Notes: generated by a model from the sequence alone, not told the origin. Shown: positions 1 to 8,268, counted from the stretch's first letter. The stretch is DNA of 64,000 bases from a bacterium (GCA_021850365.1 JAJZMH010000021.1:7785-71784), one strand, 5' to 3'. Numbers and translations: made by a program.

Positions 1-776
1 TAAATCAACACAAAGTTTCATTAAATAAACAAAACTTAATTCCAATTGTTTTGTTTGAGCCTAATTTTTTTAATTTAAACTTAATATCAAACGAACAAAA
101 AAGAAACTTTATAGATAATTTAATAACACAAATCAACCCATCCTATACAAAAACCTTAAATCAATATAAAAAAACCTTAGTTCAAAGAAATAAATTATTG
201 AAAACACCTGTAAAGAACACAGAATTATTTCCTTGGAACATCAAAATTAGTCAATTAGCTCAAGAAATTATCAACAACAGAACAAACACAATAAAAGACA
301 TTAATAAGTTGCTCTCTAAAAAATATACTATTTTTTCAAAAAACTTAGATAAAATAACTCTAAGATACAACTCTCCCATAGATCTAAACAATTATTCTTT
401 AAACCTTTTAGAAAAATTTGAAATAAACATTCACAAAGAAAAAACAATAGGATATACCCTTTTTGGACCCCATAAAGATGATATTGATTTTTTATTTAAC
501 AACCAAATAACCAAAAACTTTCTTTCGCAAGGAGAAAATAGATCAATTGTACTTAGCCTGAAACTAGTTGAGAAAGATATAATAGAAGATAAAACTAATA
601 AGTTACCTATATTTCTGTTTGATGATGTTTTTAGCGAACTTGATGGTAATAGAAGAAGCACAATATTAAAACAAATTAACTCTAATCAAACATTTATAAC
701 AACAACAGAAGTAGATTTAGTGGTTAATAACCTAAATAATGAGTTTAATATTATACCTCTAAACAAAAATCTATAA
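1..776 (+). CDS. recF: DNA replication/repair protein RecF, C-terminal part (5' end lies left of the window)
   Basis: The frame of ORF 51..776 stays open back to base 3, so the TTG at 51 is not the real start. It has the SMC-type signature 'LSQGENRSIVLSLKL' and the Walker B-like 'IFLFDDVFSELD' typical of RecF. Confidence 0.8.
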   Translation, partial: NQHKVSLNKQNLIPIVLFEPNFFNLNLISNEQKRNFIDNLITQINPSYTKTLNQYKKTLVQRNKLLKTPVKNTELFPWNIKISQLAQEIINNRTNTIKDINKLLSKKYTIFSKNLDKITLRYNSPIDLNNYSLNLLEKFEINIHKEKTIGYTLFGPHKDDIDFLFNNQITKNFLSQGENRSIVLSLKLVEKDIIEDKTNKLPIFLFDDVFSELDGNRRSTILKQINSNQTFITTTEVDLVVNNLNNEFNIIPLNKNL

Positions 777-2654
777 TATTGTTCCCTCATTTGGGGCAGT
801 TATGTCTACTTGAGACTGAACTACGGGTTTAGGTGTAGTTGTAATTAAGTCGGTTTCAGTTGGACTAGCAACAACTTGAATGTGAACATGATTTTGACCT
901 GCAAAAAATAAACCTTGTCCTACCGGGAACTGACTAAGTCGTTTCTTTTCTTCAGAAGTTAATTTAAAAACATCTGCTAAAACATCAACAGCTGAGGTGG
1001 ATTGCTTTAATAAAATTTGCATTGATGCATTTGCTACGATAGCTCTACCCATTCTTGAGCCCATAAAGTCTTCTACGTCTTGAGTAATTGTAGTTATACC
1101 AAGATTATACTTCCTTGCCCTTTTAGCTAAACTAAATAAAAAATTAGCCGAATCCTCATATTTCATTAACTGCCATGCTTCATCTACGATTAATATTCTT
1201 CTTTTTTGATCAACTTTAGTTTTGTTCCAAATATAATTTAAAACTATATACATTGCTACAGGTCTTAATTCATCTTCTAGGTCTCTAATATTAAAAACTG
1301 CCAACGGATTATTGATGTTTATATTAGATTGTTGGGAAAAAATACCAGAAAAAGTACCTGTAGTATATTTTCTTAATCTTTGAGCTAATTGCGGGCCGTT
1401 ACCACCCATATGTAGTAAAACATCATACAAATCTGAAATCGTAGGCGGAGGACTTCGATGTGTTAAAGGATCATTTGTAATTCCAGCTTTTGCATATGTT
1501 TCAATTAAGGCAGAATCTAAGTCCGCTTCTTCAGAAGGAGCTAAAACTGGAGCCACAACTGCCTGTTGACCTAAACCAGCAATTTCAGCTTGGGCTCCAC
1601 CCATCATTAGTCTTAACAGCCCATGAAGAGTAATTAAATTACTACGAAGCGCGTTGTCTGCCTCTTCAGAGTCTATGACCTCAGGTAGATCAAATGGATT
1701 AATTCTTGTTGAAGAATTAAGGCTTAACCTAACATAAGCTCCACCTACTGCTTCGCACATTTTTTGGTATTCATTTTCGGGATCAATAATAAATATTTCA
1801 ACCCCAAACATCATACTTCTAAGTGCTTCAAGTTTTACGGTAAATGATTTCCCCGCTCCGGACTTAGCAAATACAACAGAATTTCCGTTCTCAAGCGAAA
1901 ACCTATCAAAAATTACCAACCCAGAATTATGCATGTTTATGCCGTATAAAATTCCATTATCTTGACTAAGATCTGCGCTTGTAAAAGGGAAACTTGTGCT
2001 AAGCGCACCGGTGCTCATGTTTCTTCTTATTTGAAGCATATCTGACATTTGAGGAACGGTGCTATTAAAAGATTGCTCTTGTTGAGAAGTTGCTGGTTTA
2101 GAATAAACTAACATTTGACCTAACATTGACTCAACTTTATGACCAACAAACTCTAACTCTTCAGCACTTTGAGCATATACCGTGAAATATAAGCCAAATC
2201 TGAAAAACTTCTCTTCACCTACCTGAAGCTTATCTCTCATTTCTTCAGCATCTAATATGGCTGCTTGTTTTGCTGGATCTCTTACCCGGCCCTTTTCCGA
2301 ATCTAATTGAATTCCTGCCTCTAGTCTAGAAACTTTTTTCCTAAGATTTTCCAAAACAACCTGACTTTCTACAGGATAGACGTAAATACTAACATCTAAA
2401 ACTTCATCTAAATTAACTAAAGGGCTCATCCAGCCAGTAAAAACATTTCTGGGATAACCGTAAACATAATAAGTCCGAGCAAACCTTGTTCCAATTGTAA
2501 AATACGTGCTGAAATACTCTATTGAACTTGGAGCAATAAAATCTCTTAGAGCAACAATACCTTTTTTAAAAATGTTTTGAGCTTCTTGCTCTTCTTTCAT
2601 TTTTTGAATTTGAGCCGCTGCAACAGGGTCTATAGTAGGATTAAGTTTAGCCAT
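771..2654 (-). CDS. virB4: VirB4/TrbE/PrgJ-family type IV secretion ATPase (C-terminal 627-aa piece of a split homologue)
   Basis: Walker A 'AKSGAGKSFT' and Walker B 'RILIVDEAWQL' are present. The N-terminal 'DFIAPSS...YGYPRNVFTGWM' segment is typical of VirB4-type ATPases. The ATG directly abuts the stop of the upstream ORF in the same frame. Confidence 0.8.
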   Translation of the reverse strand: MAKLNPTIDPVAAAQIQKMKEEQEAQNIFKKGIVALRDFIAPSSIEYFSTYFTIGTRFARTYYVYGYPRNVFTGWMSPLVNLDEVLDVSIYVYPVESQVVLENLRKKVSRLEAGIQLDSEKGRVRDPAKQAAILDAEEMRDKLQVGEEKFFRFGLYFTVYAQSAEELEFVGHKVESMLGQMLVYSKPATSQQEQSFNSTVPQMSDMLQIRRNMSTGALSTSFPFTSADLSQDNGILYGINMHNSGLVIFDRFSLENGNSVVFAKSGAGKSFTVKLEALRSMMFGVEIFIIDPENEYQKMCEAVGGAYVRLSLNSSTRINPFDLPEVIDSEEADNALRSNLITLHGLLRLMMGGAQAEIAGLGQQAVVAPVLAPSEEADLDSALIETYAKAGITNDPLTHRSPPPTISDLYDVLLHMGGNGPQLAQRLRKYTTGTFSGIFSQQSNININNPLAVFNIRDLEDELRPVAMYIVLNYIWNKTKVDQKRRILIVDEAWQLMKYEDSANFLFSLAKRARKYNLGITTITQDVEDFMGSRMGRAIVANASMQILLKQSTSAVDVLADVFKLTSEEKKRLSQFPVGQGLFFAGQNHVHIQVVASPTETDLITTTPKPVVQSQVDITAPNEGTIL

Positions 2655-3506
2655 TTAATTATTTAATCCTCCTTGAAGATGTTCTTGGGGCATAACCCCC
2701 TCTCCTTTCATAACCATATCTGTATTTAAATCATTAAAGTTTTTTAACTGTTGCCTTGTTGCGGTATCAGGATTATACACGTCGTAATATAATTCGATAA
2801 GCTCTTGTGTGTCCAAAGGGAGTCCCTGAACACCACAATCTAGTAATCCACCCAAAACAGCCTGAACTCTATTTCTAAGTTCGGTTTTTGCTCTCTCCAA
2901 TCCTTCTTCATTAATAACAACATGTTCTTCTTTAGAAGTAAACATACCAAGCAGACCCTTTAATAAATTTTTACTATCAGCTAAAGCTTTTTGAACATCT
3001 TCTGTGGGAAAATAAGGTATGACTATATAAAACTTTTTATCCATAATGTTTGTTCTAAGGCTTAAATCATCAATGTAATTAATGTAGTCTTCCATTAATA
3101 AAGCAAGTAACATGTTGTCATGTTCTGTTCTAATTTTGTCTAATTTCTTAATATAACCTTCGAGGTCTATTTTTTGAGTTTTAATAAATATCTGAATTGG
3201 AAAATAGAGAGTGTTTAAAAATCCCTGGTAAGCATATTCAATTGCTTCTTGTTCTTGTTGACTCATTAAATCAAAATTAATACTTTTAACCATAACAATT
3301 GCCCTAAAAGAGCCATCGTTCATAATAACAATACCGTCTCTAACCTCAGCGATTAGTAGAGTATTTTGACTACTGTTTGGATTTGTTTTTTGGGAAGATA
3401 CTGTTTTCTTGGTAGGTTGTGCCGACTGTAGGGTATTAGAAGTTATTCCTTGTGGAGGAACGTTTGAATTTGTTGTTTGGTTTTTAGAACTATTGTTTTG
3501 ATCCAT
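2655..3506 (-). CDS. VirB4 N-terminal-module-like protein (283 aa), T4SS-associated
   Basis: The first ~50 aa are Ser/Asn/Gln-rich. They are followed by 'DGIVIMNDGSFRAIVMVKSINFDLMSQQEQEAIEYAYQGFLNTL' and a C-terminal 'ELIELYYDVYNPD'. From memory these resemble the extreme N-terminus of Gram-positive VirB4 proteins (Tn916 Orf16/TcpF type). The gene is sandwiched in the operon; the similarity has not been checked with an HMM. Confidence 0.45.
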   Translation of the reverse strand: MDQNNSSKNQTTNSNVPPQGITSNTLQSAQPTKKTVSSQKTNPNSSQNTLLIAEVRDGIVIMNDGSFRAIVMVKSINFDLMSQQEQEAIEYAYQGFLNTLYFPIQIFIKTQKIDLEGYIKKLDKIRTEHDNMLLALLMEDYINYIDDLSLRTNIMDKKFYIVIPYFPTEDVQKALADSKNLLKGLLGMFTSKEEHVVINEEGLERAKTELRNRVQAVLGGLLDCGVQGLPLDTQELIELYYDVYNPDTATRQQLKNFNDLNTDMVMKGEGVMPQEHLQGGLNN

Positions 3507-3513
3507 CCCACCA

Positions 3514-4425
3514 TTAATGAAGTTTTATTGATACTTCGCTTTCTTCTTTATTACTTATTTTATTTGCTTCGTGAGAAATTACAGTCACACTATAGTCATT
3601 ATTCCCTGACAAATTAAGTATAGCAGGATTTACATTTTTAGTTGGTGTGTTTTCTTCTTTTTGAGCTACTGGTTTAGGTGCTATGAAAGGTTTATTTTCT
3701 TGAACTATTTTCATGTCTGTTGCTGACTCTATTTTTGTCTTTGGAATTGTTTTTTGCTCATGAGGTTGACTATTTTCCCTTATTTTCTCTAATTTAGCTA
3801 AGATTTTTTCCCGGTGCTCTTTTTCGTTAACAGTGATAAGATCACCCATTTTTTGAGCTAATGGGTTTTGATCAGTGTTTAAAATGTCATTTTCGTTTGT
3901 AGAGTATTCGTCTTTGTCGGTGTTCACCGGAACAGCCATCAATAATCGATCATCCTGTGGAGAGGGATTAATTGCGGTTGGTTGGTTTATGAATGAATTT
4001 TGTTTAACGACCCATCCCCTAGTATCTAGGGTGTTTGCAAGAGCTTGGAGTCTTGATTTAACTTGATCTTGGTTGAGGTTATTTGTTTTTATTTCCTCAA
4101 TTTTTTTAGGGACAGTAATTGTTACCAAGTTTTTAGTTCCCGACTGAGTCCAAATTCTTTTTCTAGGAACTAATAAAAAGCGAATTTTAGCTAGAACCCA
4201 AACTTCCATAGGCTGATCTTTTCCCAAGGGATAGGCGAGTGTACTAAAAAAAAGAACAACTGGTACTGTTATTATATCTAAGAACCACCCATGAACAGAA
4301 ATAAAAATATAGGACACATAAACAAAGAACAAAGCTATTAATAAATAAACGAACTGCCTAAAACTAAAAAGCCAAATTAACTTATCTTCAGCCTCAATAT
4401 CTTGAATTACTTTGTATGTTGCCAT
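3514..4425 (-). CDS. PrgI/VirB3-like T4SS membrane protein with ~200-aa C-terminal extension
   Basis: The N-terminus 'DIEAEDKLIWLFSFRQFVYLLIALFF' plus two hydrophobic helices and 'PMEVWVLAKIRFLLVPRKRIW' matches my recollection of the PrgI/VirB3 pattern. It is the first gene of the minus-strand operon, with a GGTGGG SD for the next gene. Confidence 0.5.
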   Translation of the reverse strand: MATYKVIQDIEAEDKLIWLFSFRQFVYLLIALFFVYVSYIFISVHGWFLDIITVPVVLFFSTLAYPLGKDQPMEVWVLAKIRFLLVPRKRIWTQSGTKNLVTITVPKKIEEIKTNNLNQDQVKSRLQALANTLDTRGWVVKQNSFINQPTAINPSPQDDRLLMAVPVNTDKDEYSTNENDILNTDQNPLAQKMGDLITVNEKEHREKILAKLEKIRENSQPHEQKTIPKTKIESATDMKIVQENKPFIAPKPVAQKEENTPTKNVNPAILNLSGNNDYSVTVISHEANKISNKEESEVSIKLH

Positions 4426-4469
4426 ATCTTTAAATAATTATATCAAACCATAAGCAGATATAAAGGATA

Positions 4470-4952
4470 TTGTTCTTTAAGTTCAAAAACGATAAAATAT
4501 TCTTAGTGAAAACATTGAAATATCAAAGAATATTGTTAAAAAGTTTTATCGTAATCCTTTTTAGTTTTAGTGTGTTGTATTTTTCTAATAGTTATATATT
4601 AAGCCAAAACCCCTCAACCATAAACAACAAACAACTTACACTAACAGCTGCTTGTGGTGGTGGAACCGGGTATTCTTCTGTTACAACTAGCATTGATTTT
4701 GGGTGTAGTGGCAAGGGTAACCCAATACTAGATTTAACCTTTGCTATAATTCGATTTTTAGCAGCAGGGGTTGGCGTAGTTATAATAGCTTCTACAATTT
4801 ATGCCGGCATTCAATATATAATATCAACTGGTGATCCTCAAAAAACAAATGTAGCTATTGGAAGAATCAGGAGTAATATAATTGCCTTAATCCTATTTAT
4901 TTTTACATACGTAATAATTAATTACTTAGTTCCAGGAGGACTTATTCATTAA
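4470..4952 (+). CDS. VirB2/TrbC-like T4SS pilin paralogue 1
   Basis: It has a hydrophobic signal/anchor, then a variable segment with two Cys ('AACGGG...FGCSG'). This is followed by TM1, the loop 'YAGIQYIISTGDPQKTNVAIGRIRSN' and TM2. The start is uncertain: TTG at 4470, or possibly GTG at 4506. Confidence 0.55.
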   Translation: MFFKFKNDKIFLVKTLKYQRILLKSFIVILFSFSVLYFSNSYILSQNPSTINNKQLTLTAACGGGTGYSSVTTSIDFGCSGKGNPILDLTFAIIRFLAAGVGVVIIASTIYAGIQYIISTGDPQKTNVAIGRIRSNIIALILFIFTYVIINYLVPGGLIH

Positions 4953-4953
4953 A

Positions 4954-5325
4954 ATGTTAAGTATATCAAATACACAATTATCACTGACTGCTTGTACGAG
5001 TACTGGTTCTGGTTCTAGTTCTGGTTTTTTTTCTTTTCCAACATGGTATGAGTATTTATGCTCATCATCTAACGGAAACCCTCAAATAACTAACATAAAT
5101 GATATTTGGTTAATTGTTTTAGCAATAATTAACATCTTACTTAGAGTAGCTGCTATGATAGCCGTTTTTTATATTATCTATGGTGGAATTAAATTTATGA
5201 CTTCCCAAGGAAATCCAGAAGAAATAAATAAGGCAAAAAGTACTGTTCTAAGCGCAGTCATTGGCCTGATTATTTGTGTTATAGCTGATGTCTCCATAAG
5301 TTTTATAGCAGGACAAATACAATGA
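4954..5325 (+). CDS. VirB2/TrbC-like T4SS pilin paralogue 2
   Basis: The Ser/Gly-rich variable segment has two Cys. The core is 'IYGGIKFMTSQGNPEEINKAKSTVLSAVIGL' between two hydrophobic helices. It starts 1 nt after paralogue 1. Confidence 0.6.
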   Translation: MLSISNTQLSLTACTSTGSGSSSGFFSFPTWYEYLCSSSNGNPQITNINDIWLIVLAIINILLRVAAMIAVFYIIYGGIKFMTSQGNPEEINKAKSTVLSAVIGLIICVIADVSISFIAGQIQ

Positions 5326-5648
5326 AACTAAAAACTATTTATTTTCCAATAATTTTCAGTGTAGCTTCGGTAACGGTCAACAACTATACATATTCTACGG
5401 GTTTATCAACCACCTCTGCTGGTTCTCAAGAACTACAGAGTATTTTACAAATTGTTTTTGGGATAATTGGCTCAATAGCCGTTTTAATTATTTTAATAGC
5501 AGGATTTAAGTTTATTTCCTCAAGCGGAAATCCTGAAAGTATTGCAAAAGCAAGAGAAACTATAATATATGCCATTATAGGTCTAGTGGTCGCTATGTTA
5601 GCAGAAGTAATTGTTTCCTTTGTTTTGTTTAGTGTTGGAGGTAGTTAA
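5322..5648 (+). CDS. VirB2/TrbC-like T4SS pilin paralogue 3 (no Cys pair)
   Basis: It overlaps paralogue 2 by ATGA. The core is 'IAGFKFISSSGNPESIAKARETIIYAIIGL' between two hydrophobic helices. Confidence 0.6.
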   Translation: MKLKTIYFPIIFSVASVTVNNYTYSTGLSTTSAGSQELQSILQIVFGIIGSIAVLIILIAGFKFISSSGNPESIAKARETIIYAIIGLVVAMLAEVIVSFVLFSVGGS

Positions 5649-5649
5649 T

Positions 5650-6030
5650 ATGAAAAAAAAGAACATATTAGCTTTACTGTGCAGTTTATTTTTAGTTTTT
5701 GGGTTATTTGTGTCTTCTAATGTTAACGCTGCAAATGTTTTAAGCACGCTATGCAATAGCGCTACGGCTCAAAACTCAACCGTTTGTCAAGATACGGGTA
5801 AGGGTCAAACTGCTTCCAATCCTTTTTCTAACACGATCAAGACCATAGTAAATGTTTTTTCAATCGTTTTGGGAATTGCCGCAATCATTATAATCCTTAT
5901 AAGCTCGCTTAGAATGATCGTAGGTGGAGGTGATCCTCAAACAATAAGTTCTTCTCGAAATGCAATACTATATGCCCTAATTGGCTTGATTGTTGCCATA
6001 TCGGCTGGAGTTATAGCTCACATTATTTAA
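5650..6030 (+). CDS. VirB2/TrbC-like T4SS pilin paralogue 4
   Basis: I chose the ATG at 5650 ('MKKKNILALL', a signal peptide ending 'NVNA') because GGAGG lies 9 nt upstream and it avoids overlap with paralogue 3. It has a Cys pair 'LCNS...VCQD' and the core 'LRMIVGGGDPQTISSSRNAILYALIGL'. Confidence 0.6.
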   Translation: MKKKNILALLCSLFLVFGLFVSSNVNAANVLSTLCNSATAQNSTVCQDTGKGQTASNPFSNTIKTIVNVFSIVLGIAAIIIILISSLRMIVGGGDPQTISSSRNAILYALIGLIVAISAGVIAHII

Positions 6031-6041
6031 AGGAGGTAAAA

Positions 6042-6443
6042 ATGAAACAAATAGCAGTTAAATTTTTTTATAGTATTTGTTTATTATTAATAGCCCAGAT
6101 TGTAATATACGGCAGTTTTTCAGTAGTTAGTGCAACTTCACCCAGTCCTAGTGGAGCTGCAACACAGGCCTGTAATGGCTTAAAACAGTTTAATGGAACC
6201 AATGCGACATGCACATCTTCATCCAGTAGTTCTATTATGAGCGTCGTAAGGTATTTAATTGAAGTGTTATCTTATGTTATTGGGGTTGTATCTGTTATTG
6301 TAATAATTTATGCTGGGTTTAGATATGTTGTTTCAGGAGGAGACAGCAATAGTGTTAATAGTGCCAAAAACACTCTTCTTTATGCTGCGGTTGGATTAGC
6401 TATTGCGGTAATAGTTCAAGTTATTGCCCGTATTGTTGTATGA
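6042..6443 (+). CDS. VirB2/TrbC-like T4SS pilin paralogue 5
   Basis: There is an AGGAGG SD and a signal peptide. The Cys pair is 'ACNG...NATCTSSSSSS' and the core is 'IIYAGFRYVVSGGDSNSVNSAKNTLLYAAVGL'. Confidence 0.65.
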   Translation: MKQIAVKFFYSICLLLIAQIVIYGSFSVVSATSPSPSGAATQACNGLKQFNGTNATCTSSSSSSIMSVVRYLIEVLSYVIGVVSVIVIIYAGFRYVVSGGDSNSVNSAKNTLLYAAVGLAIAVIVQVIARIVV

Positions 6444-6477
6444 AACAGATAACTATTTAATTTAAAGCATAAAGCTG

Positions 6478-6505
6478 TTGAAATAAAAACTTACTTTAGT
6501 ATAAT
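6478..6505 (+). promoter_or_regulatory. Sigma70-like promoter for pilin paralogue 6 (TTGAAA-16 nt-TATAAT)
   Basis: TTGAAA lies at 6478-6483 and TATAAT at 6500-6505, in the only sizeable gap within the pilin array. Confidence 0.5.
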
Positions 6506-6518
6506 TATATTTGAATCA

Positions 6519-6977
6519 ATGAAAGGAAAACAAATGATTAAAAAAATTAAAACGTATATGACTTCTTTATTGTTAATTATAAGTATGAGTCTCCCAATAA
6601 CTTCATCGGCGGTAGTTTTTGCGGCGCCTACTTGCACTGGAAATACCAATTTAAACAACAACGCAATAACCAGCAGTATTAATAGTGGAATAAATGACGC
6701 TACTGGACCAACTGGCCAGGGCGGAAACTGTAACCTAGGCCAAGGAATTGGTGCGATTGCTAGTACTGTAATTAATTTATTTTCATTGGTCGTTGGTGTA
6801 GTGTCTGTAATATTTATAATTTATGCCGGTTTTAGATATGTTACCTCAGGTGGTTCATCTGAAAATGTATCCGGAGCTAAAAACACTCTTATATACGCAA
6901 TTGTTGGACTTGTAGTTGTAGCTATTTCGCAGCTTATAGTTCATTATGTTCTAAATAGCGCTTCCTCAGTGGGATAA
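6519..6977 (+). CDS. VirB2/TrbC-like T4SS pilin paralogue 6
   Basis: It has a signal peptide ('...SSAVVFA'), a Cys pair 'PTCTG...GNCNLG' and the core 'IIYAGFRYVTSGGSSENVSGAKNTLIYAIVGL'. The ATG at 6534, preceded by AAAGGAA, is an alternative start. Confidence 0.65.
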   Translation: MKGKQMIKKIKTYMTSLLLIISMSLPITSSAVVFAAPTCTGNTNLNNNAITSSINSGINDATGPTGQGGNCNLGQGIGAIASTVINLFSLVVGVVSVIFIIYAGFRYVTSGGSSENVSGAKNTLIYAIVGLVVVAISQLIVHYVLNSASSVG

Positions 6978-7003
6978 TAATTAAAGACCTGAGTTTTTCT
7001 TTC

Positions 7004-8251
7004 TTATTTTAAGAAACCAACATAACTTAGTATTAAATAGAAATTGAAAATACTGGACAACAGAAACAAACTCTTCATTCCAGAAGACAGTTTTTTGTTA
7101 TATTTTTTATATAATTGCAAGAATATAACAAATATTATAGGTAAGAAATCTAGACTATATCTGTAACCAAATTGATTTGCGCCGTCACCATAATATACTA
7201 AAAGCATCAAGAGGCTTATCAGTGAACTAAGTAATAACAGTCTATGTTCTCTCGTATAAGAAGACCATTTTCTAGTAAACAAATAGAGTAAAAAGGGGGA
7301 AGTAAAAAATATCCCCATACCTAAATTGTTATTGATAATGTATGGAAACTTTAAGCTCCAAGAAGAAGCAGATGCCAATACTGTACTTGGTCCTCGTAAT
7401 AAAAAATTATATAAATTAGTAGGAATATGACTTAACGAAAGAAGGCCCATATTTCTTGCTAACAACGATGAAGTAGAGATTAGCTGATATGAGTTCCCAT
7501 TATTTAAAGGATTTCCAAATCGTAGATAGTTGTACGCACCCAGTAATAAAACCGCTATAAGTCCAAAAATTCCAATCTTAAATAAATTGATTAATTTTTG
7601 TTTTGAACTTATTTTTTCTAATAAAATTTGGGCAATAAAAAATAAAATTATTACAGAAGCAGGAATTCTGGTAAGAAACAACATTCCGCAATATGCTCCA
7701 AGTAATAACCACCTTTTCTTATTAAAATACTCATAAAGGGCAAGAAATAAGATTAAGGTTGAAACTATCTGAGCAAATAACCAACCACTGGAAACTGTAT
7801 TAATCCCCGCATAAACTGTTGCTAGTAAAAACGCGAAAGACAGTATAATACTATCTCTTTTACTATATCTGAACTTAACGGCTAATTTATAGATTATATA
7901 AAAAGTAATTAGAACCAATATCCATTTCATGTAACCCTGATAGAAAAATATATGAAATAAATTAAAGAAAGCAACGAAGGGCATTAAAATAATTGCCGGG
8001 AAAAACCCATCATCCCAATACTGTTTCCCATGATAAATAACAGGATCTTGACCAATTCCACCGATTGAACTTAAAAAATAGGTGTGACCGTGAACGAAAC
8101 TGTTTGCCAACATTGAAAATTGTTGACTACCTTCACCAACAAAACCAGCTGCCAACAAAAAAATTAACAAGAATCCAAACACCAACATATAAGGCATTTC
8201 GTTTACGTCAGACCAAGATATATAAAACAGTTTTTTTAGATCCTCTAACAT
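7004..8251 (-). CDS. GT-C-fold polytopic membrane glycosyltransferase (ArnT/PMT/GT87-like)
   Basis: The 415-aa protein has about 10 or more hydrophobic helices. The first-loop motif 'DPVIYHGKQYWDDGFFPAIILMPF' resembles lipid-linked-sugar glycosyltransferases. The call rests on pattern only. Confidence 0.4.
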   Translation of the reverse strand: MLEDLKKLFYISWSDVNEMPYMLVFGFLLIFLLAAGFVGEGSQQFSMLANSFVHGHTYFLSSIGGIGQDPVIYHGKQYWDDGFFPAIILMPFVAFFNLFHIFFYQGYMKWILVLITFYIIYKLAVKFRYSKRDSIILSFAFLLATVYAGINTVSSGWLFAQIVSTLILFLALYEYFNKKRWLLLGAYCGMLFLTRIPASVIILFFIAQILLEKISSKQKLINLFKIGIFGLIAVLLLGAYNYLRFGNPLNNGNSYQLISTSSLLARNMGLLSLSHIPTNLYNFLLRGPSTVLASASSWSLKFPYIINNNLGMGIFFTSPFLLYLFTRKWSSYTREHRLLLLSSLISLLMLLVYYGDGANQFGYRYSLDFLPIIFVIFLQLYKKYNKKLSSGMKSLFLLSSIFNFYLILSYVGFLK

Positions 8252-8268
8252 GTATGTTAAGAAAATTT

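Noticed and set aside
5025-5032. Homopolymer tracts as phase-variation switches: T8 inside pilin paralogue 2 (5025-5032) and A8 right after the start codon of paralogue 4 (5653-5660).
   Set aside because: Runs of 7-9 A or T are common throughout this AT-rich sequence, including in housekeeping genes and spacers. Without population data there is no evidence of slippage.
771-6977. Reading the VirB4/pilin region as an integrative conjugative element or plasmid remnant.
   Set aside because: No integrase, relaxase, coupling protein, replication or partition genes are visible. There are no flanking direct repeats and no adjacent tRNA; the tRNA cluster is 2.5 kb away, beyond two unrelated genes. 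Base composition by eye is not obviously different from neighbouring conserved genes. The left flank beyond recF is unseen, so this rejection is provisional.
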